The position numbers and the translations under genes were made by a program. Of a DNA stretch of 64,000 bases, positions 12,978 to 27,606 are shown one piece after another. The notes beneath the pieces were generated by a model that saw nothing but the letters and a program-made list of their open reading frames with translations, searched no databases and had not been told where the DNA came from. This stretch comes from the human T2T-CHM13v2.0 reference genome, Homo sapiens. Location of the stretch: the NCBI RefSeq assembly GCF_009914755.1, contig NC_060934.1; one strand, written 5' to 3'. Within the stretch, counting starts at the first letter, position 1; each line of letters opens with the position of its first letter.

Positions 12978-13263
12978 GGCCAGCACGCAGTGGCTCATGC
13001 TGATAATCCCAGCTCTTCAGGAGGCTGACACAGGCAGACACCTGAAGTTGGGAGTTCGAGACCAGTCTGGCAAACATGGTGAAACCGTGTCTCTTCTAAA
13101 AATACCAAAAATTAGCCAGGCATGGTGAGGTGCTTGCAAGTCCAGCTACTCAGGAGTCTGAGGCATGAGAATTGCTTGAGCCCAGGAGGCGGAGGGGTGC
13201 AGTGAGCTGTGATCACGCCACTGTACTCCATCCAGCCTGGGTGACACAGCAAGACTCCGTCTC
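12978..13263 (+). mobile_element. Alu (old S/Jb-type), essentially tailless
   Basis: Full dimer; perfect 13-bp TSD aaataaatagcaa at 12965-12977 and 13264-13276. Confidence 0.95.
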
Positions 13264-13943
13264 AAATAAATAGCAAATTGAAAAACAAAACAGAAACTCT
13301 TTCTCACTTGTGATAATAAAGTCCTTGCTGAAGGTTTGCCTTTGGACTTCATTCACTCATGCACATAAACACAGATGCTAGTCCTGAACACGCTATGGGA
13401 CTGGCTAAAGTAAGAGCTCTCATTTAGACAGATGTATAATCTAATTTCAGTTACTGCAGCACTTAGAAGTTCAAGTTAATTGGTAGCTGTGGAAGTATGA
13501 TACCAGATCCAAGGAAACTATGGTGTTTGGCATACATTGGTATTATCATGGCCCCTGAGAGCACAGGTGAGAACTTCCTATGATGTTCTTCAGAATAACT
13601 CTACACCATCCTTGGACTCTCTTTCAACTCTTCCAACACATGTTTCTCCTCTCCTTACTTTCATTCCCAAAAGAACAGAGGGTAAAGTTCTTAGCAAGTA
13701 GAAGATGTAAGTGTTGAGCCATTTACTTTTCTATTTCTACTTAGAAACTAAAATTTGAAGACTCAAGGATGGTAAGTTCTATGTTGTGCTATGTATATGT
13801 GCACAGTACAGTTAAATTATACTTGTATTTAGCGTGAGTAAATGGAACTAGACTCTCTTAGGAGAGGGAGGGAAAAAAGAGGCAAAAAGGGATGGAGAAA
13901 GAGAGAGAATATGAAGAAACAAATGAAAAATAGGAGGTGTGAA

Positions 13944-14253
13944 TTTTTTGTCTTTTTCTTTTGTTGAGACAGGGTCTCACTCTGTCACCCCGGCTGGAGT
14001 GCAGAGGCGTGGTCTCGGCTCACTGCATTCTCCACCTCCCCAGCTCAAGCCATCCTCCCACCTCGGACCACAAATAGCTGGGGCTAAAGGTGCACCATCA
14101 CACCTGGCTAATTTTTGTTTTGTTTTTTTTTTTTTTTTTAGAGACTGGGTTTCACTATGTTGCGCAGGCTGGTCTCAAACCCCTGAGCTCAAGCGATCCA
14201 CCTGCCTCAGCCTCCCAAAATGCTGGGATTACAGGCATGAGCCACGGTGCCTG
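13944..14253 (-). mobile_element. AluJ
   Basis: gagacagggtctcactctg...gctcaagcgatcc...gagccacggtgcctgg. Confidence 0.95.
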
Positions 14254-15156
14254 GAGGAACTGTGAATCTTAAATCTAGTATTTCTTTAGTCCATGAGTTC
14301 ACCATAACTCTTGTAATATGCACTGTAATAAGCCATGAATAGAATATCTTTTCATTACTTATTTTAATTATAAGCCCCTGTGTCAAACTTTCCTTGGTTA
14401 CCCCTGCCTAACACAGGTCTTTAGATTCTCATACTATTTACTGCCTATAGGATTTCCTGCCACACAATCTTCCTTTTGTCATTAATTTTGCTCATTAACA
14501 GAAACTGAGCCTACTCTCCTGTGAGGGAACTCTGTTTTGAAGATGCTAGATGTAGTTAAGACCTTTGGCCCACTGCCCCAGCTGAACAGCCGAGGCAGAA
14601 GATAACAGGCGCCATCTCTCATTCTATTCCCTGCATGTGCTGTTGCTTGTTCTGGGGAAAGGGGAAACCAGGAACATTCAGTAACCACTAAAGGAATACA
14701 AAGATCACACGGGCAGTTTTTAGAATGAAGACCAATTCTAAAATAAACATTGCCTCAGAAACCTACTGTTTCACCCCACTAACCTTTGACTCAATTCTCT
14801 TAGGATTCCCCAGGGAGATCCCAGCCTGTTAATTTTCCCCAGTAGTTGTCAGCAGGCAGGGCCAGCAGAGCTACGTGCATTGTTATCAGCTTAGCCTGTG
14901 ACCAGGCACGAAATGGCTGTGCTTGGCTTGCGCATCTCCATATCCACGTGCAGTCCATGATGTCATGGAGGCCGTGTTGCCTCCTGCACAGCATTGTATA
15001 CTATCTATCAAAGTTGAATAAATAGCCCAGTTTTCAGTTCCATCCCACCTTCTCCAACACAATCAGCTAGACTTGACCACTGAGTACTTTGTGAATTGTG
15101 AATTGTTTCAGAATTGTGAAAATCAAGCCTTAGAGTTTAGGCGATTCTTCCCTTCC

Positions 15157-15300
15157 CCCAAGATGCATGGCACATCTGCCACAAGAAATGTGAGAGAAGA
15201 TCTGAGAAACCTTTAAGTCTGAGTGCTTCCCAAGATGCATGGCACATCTGCCACAAGAAATGTGAGAGAAGATCTGAGAAACCTTTAAGTCTGAGTGCTT
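15157..15300. repeat. Perfect tandem duplication, 2 x 72 bp
   Basis: cccaagatgcatggcacatctgcc...aagtctgagtgctt occurs identically at 15157-15228 and 15229-15300. Confidence 0.98.
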
Positions 15301-16039
15301 TATGCCTTTTGATAACTGAATGGTTCTCCAGGAATTATAGCTGTCTTTAAAGACACAAGATGGATTACATCTTCACCTGCTTGAAACGCTGTCTTCAGTA
15401 GTAAACTGCTTTCATTACCACAAAAAAAGACAGATACTATCTTCAAACTCAATAGAATACTGAATTTGATATTGTCTAGTAAGTCCTTAATGAAAAATAA
15501 CCAAACCAGTGTTGTTTTTTAATAACACTTTCCAAATAAACCAGAGTTAAGAACAGCAGTTAGGAAACCGTTTGCTGCCATTTCACTTGCAAATCCCAGA
15601 AATAAAGAACATATAACATAAAAATAGCTCTTGCCCCAGTTCTTCCTGGCTCTTGCTTACTGATAAGGAGAGGGAAGATAAGATGCAAGTTGTGTTTAAT
15701 GTTAATTCCTTGTTTTTATCCTATTTTAGAAGAACTACCCCCCTACAATGCAGTTGTATAAAAAGTGGAATGTTATTATAATACACGTTTATCTTATGCT
15801 TATGAATTTTTAAATATAAGAAAAATTTTCTTTTGTATTTTTTGATATTGATGGTTTTGAATTTTCCAGAGAATTCCACATTTGGTATTTCTGCTAAATA
15901 AATACCCTGAGTCTGATCATCTCCATAGTTAACTTTACAACTAAAAGATTTTGTTTCCTTGCTTAATCTAAGGACAGCTTACAAATTTATTTTATCAAGA
16001 CTATTTATAGTATATAATTTAGCCACTTAAGAAATAGTA

Positions 16040-16185
16040 CATAAGAAAAAAGACTAGAAGGAAATATGCTACATTGTTAACAATGTTTAATCCCGGGTAT
16101 TGAGGCTATTCATGATTGCTATTTTCTTCTTTTTATAATCTGTATTGCTAATTTTTTCTTTCAATAATCTACATTTCTCATAATT
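16040..16185 (+). mobile_element. L1ME 3' end fragment
   Basis: aaaaagactagaaggaaatatgctacattgttaacaatgttta...tattttcttctttt. Confidence 0.6.
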
Positions 16186-17672
16186 TTCAAGATTTACAAA
16201 CCAACAAATGAAAAACAATGGTATTCTCCAAAAAGTTTAATTGAAACAAAAACAAAACCTTATCAAAAAGTCAACACCTTTACTTCCTTCTCAAAGACCT
16301 AAAAGGGAGGAAAATCAGTGATCATTTTTTTTTTAAACCTAAGTTTAGCTTTTGTGCCACTGTCTTGAATAGCCTGTTCCCTCGGGATCCTTTAGTGGCA
16401 CCACTAGTTTTTATTGGATTGTCATTGCCCATGACCTTGTTGGACAGAGCTAGGAGATTGGGCAAAGTTCTTCCATATGGCTTTATCACTTTTAGTCACT
16501 ATGAGGTATCTGAAGCCAAAAATAGTTTGGAAAACATTGCTCTCATTGAGGAAAAAGACAAGCTGGCTGAACAACCAAAGGCTCCCCCTTCTAACCTACT
16601 CACAAAAGACCATGAAGTGCTCGCTCACCTCCACGGTCATAGTGCAATATTCCTTTGTTTGTCGATTATAAGGTGCACTTCAAACCTTCCCCAACATCTC
16701 CCTCCAGGGTCCTTTTCTTAATGTGCCTACAATTAGTCAGTCGTATTTTGCCACCTCACAACTTTAAACAAAGTTCTACATTTCAGACACAAGTGGAAAA
16801 ATGAGGCCAGTAAGGATTTTCTTCCTTCCTTCATTTATCCTTCCTGTCTTCTCAAGATTCCTTTCTTGCCCTGCCAAAAAGGACAGGGCAGAAACAGAAG
16901 CCAGTTATTTCGGAGTGTTTTTCAGGGCAATTTAATGTGGGCATCGTGGTAGGATTCAAAGATCTTAACAGTCTAGTAACAGCAACACACACATAAGAAG
17001 TTCACAAGAACGAACAAAATATGTGTCGGGCTGCTTATGTGAGAGCCCAGGGAAGTAGCAGTAAGTAGAATGCACGTTTCCAGTAGAAATAATCTGAGGC
17101 ATGGTGAGCACTGTAGTCTCCTTAGACCTCTGGTTTAGCCATCCTGCATGTGAAATGTCTTCACACACTTCCCTGAGAATGACACCCTCTGTTGTTAAAC
17201 ACAATTTTCACAGGAAATTTGAGTTCTGAGTTCACATACATAGATTTCTAAAATCATCTGGGAGCTGAGAACTGCCTCTGGGCATGTATCTATATACTGG
17301 ATTCAGTCTACATATACAGTCAGTAATAACCCTACTGACTCTGGAAAGATTGTATGCTCAGAGGTTTCCACTTGCTCTATGTCCCCAGAAGGTGTGGCAT
17401 CTACTGGCTTGAGGAGAATGACCATTCCAATTCCTCCCTTGGGGACTCCTAGCTCATGAAGCTCCCTCAGAGAAAAAAATCCCTGTCTATCCAACTGTGC
17501 AGTAGCTGGAGGTTAGAACACTTGCACATTGGCCCCAGCTAAATGCTTTGGACTCTATTGGATTGCCAACCATCCTCCCGGAGAGATTTCCAGGAGCAGT
17601 CTCACCTCACCTAATATCCAAGGTCCCCTTGATCACTATCAAAAGTCCATGTTTCCCAGACACTTACTATGC

Positions 17673-17972
17673 TTTCTTTTTCATTTCCTTGAGATGGAGT
17701 CTCACTGTGTGACCCAGGCTGGAGTGCAGTGGTGCAAACTCAGCTCAGTGTAACCTCTGCCTCCTGGGTTTAGGCGATTCTTGTGCCTCAGCCTCCCCAG
17801 TAGCTGAGATTACATGTATGCACCACCACGCCTGGCTAATTTTTGTATTTTTAGTAGAGATGGGGTTTTGCCATGTTGGCCAGGCTGGTCTTGAACTCCT
17901 GTCCTCAAGTGATCCACCCGCCTTGGCCTCCTAAAATTCTGGGATTACCGGCGTGAGCCACCGTGCCTGGCC
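17673..17972 (-). mobile_element. AluS (Sx/Sz-like)
   Basis: Full antisense dimer; TSD ccagacacttactatg / ccagacaattactatg. Confidence 0.95.
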
Positions 17973-17989
17973 CACCAGACAATTACTAT

Positions 17990-19072
17990 GTTTTCTGATC
18001 ACCCTACTATTCCTATCCTCATCACTGCCCTTGGTCACTGGTGATTACATTCCATGGCCCATCGTTTTTACTCCACTATTGATCCTGGCTTTCTTTGCAG
18101 CTTCAACATTCAGGTAGTGATGTTTCTGAGGCTCTGGCCTCTTACATCCTTGACCTCCTTCACTCCAAGGCTCTTTCTCCAATCCACTTCAGCCATACAC
18201 TGGTGTGGGCACATGCTAAATTTAATCACCAACAGCTGCGTCACCTCCAAAGTAACTATTGTGGGTATTTCCAGTTAACCATTCCCTTGTGTCTCTTGGC
18301 TCACTTGTTCTGGTATTCCATTCCATACAGACCTTCATATCCAGACTCCGCCTATCCATCACCTCCCTCTTATCTTCCACTATCGATCACCTCCCTCTTA
18401 TCTTCAGTTTCCTCCTTATCAGCTTATATTCTATGACCTCCTCTGTAATCACTTCCTTTATATGCTTTGCTCTCAGCATTTCAGCCATACCTTCAATATG
18501 TATAAGGAAATCGAGTTGCACCTAGATCTGGCCAGTTGAATAATCCCAGAGAAAACCACCTGACTTTGCTGACTGGGCATACTTCAAATTTGTTACTATG
18601 AATCTTGAATGGACCCTCAACAGTGCCAGAAGGTCTTATAAACTTACTTAGCAAATTTGCTTTTTCAGCCAAATAAGAAAATTATTTCATACCTAATCTT
18701 TCTCCATTCTTTAAACCCTCTTCATTTTTCACTTCCAGCCATCCCTCATACTTCATAGAGAAAATGGATACGATGTGATGAGTACTACTTCATCTCTGAC
18801 TGCCACTCTGCCAACCTTCTGAATCTGTTCCAGGCACCCTACTCTCTCTCCTTCTGCAATGGCAGAAGCATCCCTGCCTTTCTCTAAGGCCAACCCTTGA
18901 ATGTGGGTGCTAACTTCCTCACATCATTCTGGGCTTCTCTTGCCCTCTCAAAAACTCAGCTTTTGCCATTATCTCCTGTCCCTTTTACATTGTCAATTTC
19001 TCCATCTCTACAGTCATCTTCCCATCAAGGAGATGCTTTTCCTATCCTTCTCATACTTAAAACATGCATATG

Positions 19073-19107
<35 letters not shown>

Positions 19108-20140
19108 AAAACTTCTCTCTTATCCCACTTTTCCAGCTACTATGTCATTTATCTGCTGCATTTCACCATAAAATGCTCCAATATATTGTTTTACTTCTTT
19201 ATCTTGCTCCTCTCTTTAACCCACCTAGCAAGACTGCCAGTAACCTACATCTTACAAAGCCATTATGTAGATAGGGCATGCAATCATATGTCAGGTATTC
19301 CTTGAGCACCTCCCTTGTATCAGACACTGTTGGTTGGCCACACCCTCCTTCACAAATCACTTTCCTCCCTAGACAATCATGCAGGCTTACCTGGTCTTTC
19401 CCCTGCCTCACTGTGTTTTACTTCTCAGCCTCTCATTTGGTTTCTCTTCCTTTTCTAGATCTCTAAATGATGGGGTGCTCTGTGCTCAGTCATCCTCTAT
19501 TCTTTAGTTTCCCTCTCACTGAGTTCCATTGGTTTAAAATTCAATACACTCACAGATGGCTGTCTCATGTCTCAGATTTAGGCTCCTGATTGACATCCCT
19601 ACTTGTATATCTGACTGACTTGCTGATGTAGCTACAGCTGGCTGCAGAACAGACCCATCAAGGTCAAATTTAACTTCACCTGCTGCCATTCTTTCTGTTC
19701 ACTTTACTTCTAGAACACTGGCCACCTTTCTGAGCCTAACACACACCAGCTTAGATCAATCCACAGGGTCTTTGCACTTGTTGTTCCTTCTGTTTGATAA
19801 ACCTTTTTTTTTTGGAAAAGATTTTTTATTTTAGTAATTCAGATTATAACTCAAATGTCATCTCTTCTGAGAGGTCTATCCTAACCACCCTAAATAAATA
19901 AAGCAACTCTTTCTAGTTACTACCTACCCACCTTAGCCGAGTGTACCTTCTTCACACATTTATTTGGACCTGCAGTTATCTTATTGGCTTATTGTTCACA
20001 TGTTGATTGTTTGACTATCTCCACTAGCTATAAGCCCTATTCTTGCAGGGTCTCATGCTGTCTTATTCACTACTGTAACCCTGGTGTGTAAAACAGTGTC
20101 TGACACTAGGGAGGTGCTCAAGGAATGCCTGATGTCTGCT
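17990..20140 (+). mobile_element. Long L2 (L2a-like) remnant, endonuclease region to 3' end
   Basis: Pyrimidine-rich L2 sequence. Translation retains degenerate endonuclease motifs (SFNI, LASYILDLL, HWCGHMLNLIT resembling TH..GHTLDL.IT). 3' end ttattcactactgtaaccc...aacagtgtctgacac...ggtgctcaa. Confidence 0.8.
19075..19106. repeat. (CA)n microsatellite
   Basis: Direct read. Confidence 0.95.
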
Positions 20141-20616
20141 TGCATGCCATGTCTACATACATGGTAATGAGAAATAACAGTGGTTCATAAAGACATCTGG
20201 CTCTCCTCTTTTATAAGCACCTGCTGCCCTCACTCTCCCAATTTGATTGAGACCCTGTGATGTCAGTGGCCTCAATAGCACTCCTCTCCAGCTAAAGCAT
20301 ATGCCTCACACCTTGGTTGGAAGTGTTAGTCAGAGTGGCTCCCTTGGATCAATTTCTCTCTACAAATATATACCAAGCCCAACTTTGGCAAAGAGCTAAT
20401 AACATCTTTTCAATTCACACATAAATTAACTACTATTATTTACTAAAGCACCCTATCATATACCAGTCAGTTTGAGGTTCTTTTAAGCATTTGTCACATG
20501 TATTCTTAAGTTCAGATTATATTTTATTGGTGTGATTTATGATTTCCTTAGAGTAATTTGATCTAAATCCTTACTAATTGGTCTTTTAAAAATCCCTTTA
20601 AAAACAAAGCTATTTG

Positions 20617-20765
20617 GGCCAGTTGTGGTGGCTCATGCCTGTAATCCCAGGACTTTGGGAAGCTGAGGCAGGAGGATCGCTTGAGCACAGGAGTTCAAGG
20701 CAATGAGCCATGATCATGCTACTGCATTCTAGACTGGGTGACAGAGAAAGCCCCTGTCTCTAAAA
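20617..20765 (+). mobile_element. Monomeric Alu (FAM/FRAM-like or arm-recombined AluJ)
   Basis: Left-arm 5' end joined directly to right-arm 3' end with no A-rich linker. Confidence 0.85.
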
Positions 20766-21328
20766 CTAATCAAAGGATTATCAATCAGTCAAAGCTCTTT
20801 TAAGTCACATGCCAATTTGAATGAAGAGTTCAGCCATACTATCTAAAATATAAAAATTCTTAACCATTATACTAAGTAATCAAATTAGACCAAACTTAAA
20901 GGATTAAGCACAACTCTACTATTCGTTTCTAAAATTTCTATTTGGCATCAGTACTCTCCAAACTTCTGAACTAGTATAATAAAATAGTACATTAACTGAT
21001 TCCTAAAAGATATCTAAAATATCTAGTGTTTTTAGGATCCATAAAATAGTTTTGATAGTTATAGAGCTTCTTAACCACAGTTTCAAATCTTGTTGCATCT
21101 GGTACTCTGTGTGTACATGCGTGCCTATATGTGTGCCTGGCAGAGTGAGAGACAACTGCGCTTTTAGGCTTACTTTATTTGCCTGTTTTGACCAAAATCT
21201 GAAGGAATTAAGTGAGGATCTACTTTTATCAGAAACAATTCTTTTATTCCAGGGAGCTAAAAGAATAAGAGTGCTCAGCTAAAAGGTCAAGAAACTTACA
21301 GTGGGACATCTATTTCATTTTGTTTTTA

Positions 21329-21742
<414 letters not shown>

Positions 21743-22859
21743 TTAAAGATTTTTTTTTGAATAAAAAATCACATTTAACCTTTAAATCTAATCGTGTAAA
21801 ACCCTTATTTAAATAGAGAAACAATTATATTTCTTGATTTCTACCTATGATCTACCCATGAAAGAAAAAGGAAGATTTACACAGAAAGATTATCAATTTT
21901 TTTCTAAGAAAGATTGGTGAAAATGAAAAATGCCACACCTGCTTAAATTATTATTAAAAACAATAGACCAGATAGATTTTCTGAATTAATACAATGTAAA
22001 AATCTTTACTAGTCTGAAAACTCATGCAGGTTTTTATCAACAAGAAGATGAGAGATACTGGACATATTCCAGAATCAAGACATTGGATCAATTCTATTTT
22101 TTGAAATCTTTCTTCTGGGGTTTTCTTTTCTTTCTCGACTAAGGAAGCTGTTCAGTATTCCACAGAATTAATGTGTACCTTTACCTTTCGAATATATTTT
22201 CCACTTGAGTTATCGGAATTTTGCTACTAACAATTATTCTACTTACCAAAAAGCAGGGCAATACAATAGTATGAGTGAACTGCTCTCGGGAGTTTTCACC
22301 TGTATTTGTGGTTAATAGTAATAGTCCTTTGATACACTAGAATTTCAAAGTGAGAGTTTTAAAACCACTTCTTCAAAGTTTCTATGGTGAATGCTTTATT
22401 AATTGGAATGTTTAGGGAATAGAATTGTGAATTTAATTTTCGCTTTAACTCAAGACTTTTCAGAAAATACCTTTTGTTTAGATCTTGATGTTGAAAATAT
22501 TTCATCAATGTATTATTCCACTTGTATTTCATATAGTTCAGTCACTTTATTCAGTAAGAAAGGAACTGGCAGGAGTTTGTAGTCAGGGATTTCATTCATT
22601 GTAGTGGAACAAGGTATGGGGGAAGTGGAAGAGATGTAGTCCAAGAAATATTCTGAGGATTATTATTTACAATATATTCCTAGTTATAGTTCACTTTTTG
22701 TCCTGATTTTCCATTCTTGTGAATTAGAAGAGAAAGGTCGTTAATCCAGTTTTATTGTTAATTTGGGTCAAGTAAGTTGAAGTTTTGTACATAGTTCTTC
22801 AGACTTTTTTTTTCATTAACCTAAAGCATTTTTTGGGAAAATTATGTTTTGTGAAAACT

Positions 22860-23300
22860 GCTTTTTCTTATTGGAAAACACATACACACGGTTTCAAAAA
22901 TAAAACAATACAAAAAACTTTAAGGTTGAAAAATGTTACCATGAAGAGATAATCATTATTTAACATTTTGGTGAACAGCCACCCCTATATATGCATAATT
23001 TCAGCTTTGTAAGCAGAGAAGGTTACTTCTCACATACACACAGCCTACTTGATATGCCCCACAACATATCTATACTCTCAGGATGTCCTATGTGATCACT
23101 TTTAATGATTCAATAGTGTTCCATTATCCATTTAACCTAACTCCATAGTGAAGAGCTGGAATGTTTCCAAATTTCATTAAAAAACACTGCTAGAAAAAAA
23201 CAAAAAACAACTTTGTACATATATCTTTGCACACTTGTTTAACTATCTTATTTGGGTAAATTCCAGGAAGTATAAACTATATTTTGAATTATATGCCTAT
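22860..23300 (-). mobile_element. Degenerate L1ME fragment
   Basis: ttttaatgattcaatagtgttccatt...tgtttccaaattt...ctttgtacatatatctttgcacacttg. Confidence 0.6.
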
Positions 23301-23696
23301 TCAGACATAACCAAGAATAATTCTTATGAATAGATATTTTGTACATTTTCTCGTTTCAGAAAACCGCACTGATTGTTATGCTGAGCTAAGATTTATATCA
23401 TCAAGAGACTAAATGGCTATCACTATTTAAAACTGTGTAAGAATTTTAGGAAGGCAGAAAGCTTACTGTCCCAAATGAGAATACTTCTATCGCACGTGAG
23501 CCTGCAGGGGTTTGGCCAAAAGCTCCCCATAGGATCTTAATGAATACGATTGAGTGGTCAGGGCTGTGGTTTTGCATTTCATCAGGGAATGTCCAGGGAC
23601 AAGGATGGAATGTCAGGTGGAAAGGAGAGTTCCTCATTCAGCACTCTGCATACCTCCAGCAGCTGGCTTCAGGTAACACTGAGAGGATCCCCACAC

Positions 23697-23920
23697 ATTG
23701 ATTCATTTCTTAGCAAACCTTCACTGAGCACCATCTCTCAGGTACCATGGGCGGTGATGGAGCCCTCGCCCAGAGAGCACACTCAGTCTAGTTGATGATG
23801 ACCGCAGAACCAGGTGGATTCACAGAGAAAAACTCTGTCTGAGGAATTTGGGAAAGGCTTTACCCGGGGACATTAGAGCTGGTCCTGGAGAGTAGATAGG
23901 GTGGGCTCTCCTGGACATAG
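23697..23920 (-). mobile_element. L2 3' fragment
   Basis: attcatttcttagcaaaccttcactgagcacc...gggaaaggcttt...gagctggtcctgga. Confidence 0.6.
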
Positions 23921-23926
23921 ATGACT

Positions 23927-24378
23927 TGTTCTCTGTTCATCCATTGGATATTCCCAAACCGTTTTCTTTTGCTACCCTTTCCAGGAGAAATGCCAACTAC
24001 TTACTTTTCCAGTCTCCCTTGCAGCTGGGGTTGCGGCGGGCAGGCGGGGGAGGGGGGCGGGGGGCGCAATACAACATGCAGTTCTGGCCAGCGGGATATA
24101 AACCCAGGTTGGTTGTGACTTCTGGGAAGGCATCTGCTTTTTTTGATAAAGGCACTGAATAGCTGGCCCTGTCGTTCACTTCTTTCCATCTTGAATGCAG
24201 ATTTGCAGCATGGAACGAAGGGAGCGAAGGCCAACATCACTAAACCGAAGTAGCACCAGCAGCTGTCTACCTTCAGATTGCTTGTTTTGTGGGGGAAAAA
24301 GAAACCCCTCTTTGTTTACCTCACTGTTAGTCAGACGCACTGCTATTTGTAGCTAAAGACATTCCTAACAAATATATC
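23927..24378 (+). mobile_element. LTR33-like solo LTR (ERVL)
   Basis: cagtctcccttgcagct...cagttctggcca...cttgaatgcaga...ctaccttcagattgcttgtt...aaacccctctttgttta...cattcctaac. Confidence 0.75.
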
Positions 24379-24970
24379 ACTCCTCCAACCACTTGTATCT
24401 GGATAGAGGCAAGAAAATTAGAGGAGAATAAAGGGCCCAGATAGGGCAAAATAGGGAAGATTCCATAGAATTGAGAATGTGCAACTTAAACAACTATCTG
24501 AGGTTCTCAACACACGACCCTTTCTAGGTTGGGGCGCATGGCTAAGTGTACAGGGCAACACTTCTCCGACTGTGATGGCCCCAAAGGGCATATGAGTATG
24601 TTTTCATTAGAAATTATAAGGGCACAGCCCAATAAGAAATTCAAAACATTACAATTTCCTTAAGTCACACCAATGTCAAAAGTACCAAAACAAAACAACC
24701 TTAACATGAATCACAGAACAAAAGAGTAAATATGATGTACATATCAAAAATGAGAATGAAAAAGGCAGTACAACCAGGAAAATGGAACATATGCATATAA
24801 TGTCCTTTCTAAATCCCTTTTCTTATAGAAAAACATCGTAAGTTTTTATAAAAAGATAGGATTAATTTGTTTTTAAGCTAACAACAAAGGTGCTACCAGC
24901 CCACTGTAGTTAAAAAAGAGGAAAGAGAAGTGTTGTTGTTTTTTTTTTTTTTTAACTTTAAGAGAAAACA

Positions 24971-25656
<686 letters not shown>

Positions 25657-26056
25657 TGGACGTAATTTGTTAGAAAAATAAGACAATATAGCCATAGAGC
25701 TACTAGTAAACTGTTTCCTAATGTAATGAGAAAATAAGGTAACAATTTTTAATGTGGACAATTTACAAAACTGTAAGTAAATGGGGAAGAACTGTATGTT
25801 TTAAACAAATAACAAAAAAAAAAGGAAACATAAATTCAGAGACATTTTCTATATTTCCAAAGGGTAAAGACAACATCCACCTTTTGTGGATTTTTTTTTG
25901 AGAACAAATACCCCCAAATTACCACACACTTAAATGTGAAATACTTGTGTAATACATTTCAAGGAATGAAAAACACAGACTTTAAATTCCAAGTCAAGGC
26001 TTTGGCTATTATTTGCCATTTTCCCTCATCTTGTATGGTGCCTAAAAAATAGATGC

Positions 26057-26336
<280 letters not shown>

Positions 26337-26889
26337 TAGATGCTAAAATATTTATTGAAAAAAGGAAAGAATAGAAAATGAGATGAGGGAAATGAAAAAC
26401 TTCTTATATTAGCAAGATATTCTTTATAAAGATCTTTTAGCCTTTTCTGTTACAGAGATATCATTCAATGTAAAAGATACATAAGTTGCTAAATGATATT
26501 CAAGAAATCAAAAACTATAAAAAATACTTTCTTATGAAGTTATAGATCCCCATGCTTTGAAGATTACTCCCAAATTCCACTTTAAATTCTATTAATCCAA
26601 ATCTGATAACACCTATCACCATTTTCCTTGAGCAGTTTTCATGTTTGTTGTAAAATAAATCTCTAAAACAATAAAGGGCAATCAATCTGCTCTTAAAAGG
26701 GAAAATTGAATTATATGATATTGCATGACATTATAAGCATTTAACAGTTATTAGAAGCATTTCTCTCTTGGTTGTCTAGTGTTTAAGAAATACCTGCTGT
26801 TGACAAGTATTGAGAAACTTTAAAAGTCTCAACCAAGATTTAATCAGAAGTATACTCTTTAAATGGAACGAGAGAAAAACATCAGGGAC

Positions 26890-27110
26890 TTATTTAGCAC
26901 TTCTAAAACAATTTACGTTGACCATTTCAGGAAATTTTTCCAATGATCCCCTTGAGAGACGGATTATTGTTGTCTCTATCTTATACATGAGGAAATTGAC
27001 TGAGGTTAATTAACAAGCCCAAGGCCACACTGTTAGTAAGCAACAGAGGTGAGACTTAAACACAGGAAATCCAGGAATCCTACTCCAGAGCTGACTGACT
27101 CCTAAGCACC
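26890..27110 (-). mobile_element. MIR
   Basis: ttatacatgaggaaattgactgagg...gcccaaggccacactgttagtaag. Confidence 0.75.
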
Positions 27111-27253
27111 AAGATAAACTATGATTGTGTCAGCAGCAGTGAGAGTGGTAACAGTAATAATAATATGACAATAAATTACCATATACATACAGCTGTTGAA
27201 ACAACTTCACACACATTTAATCTCTGTAAGTTGTACCAAACCTTAGTCTCTCA

Positions 27254-27606
<353 letters not shown>

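Noticed and set aside
15157-15300. 72-bp repeat length matches the SV40 enhancer repeat
   Set aside because: The sequence is unrelated to SV40; no vector contamination evident.
16365-16721. 118-aa + strand ORF in non-repeat DNA
   Set aside because: TTG start, no recognisable domain or homology, antisense to ANK3; length is within chance expectation.
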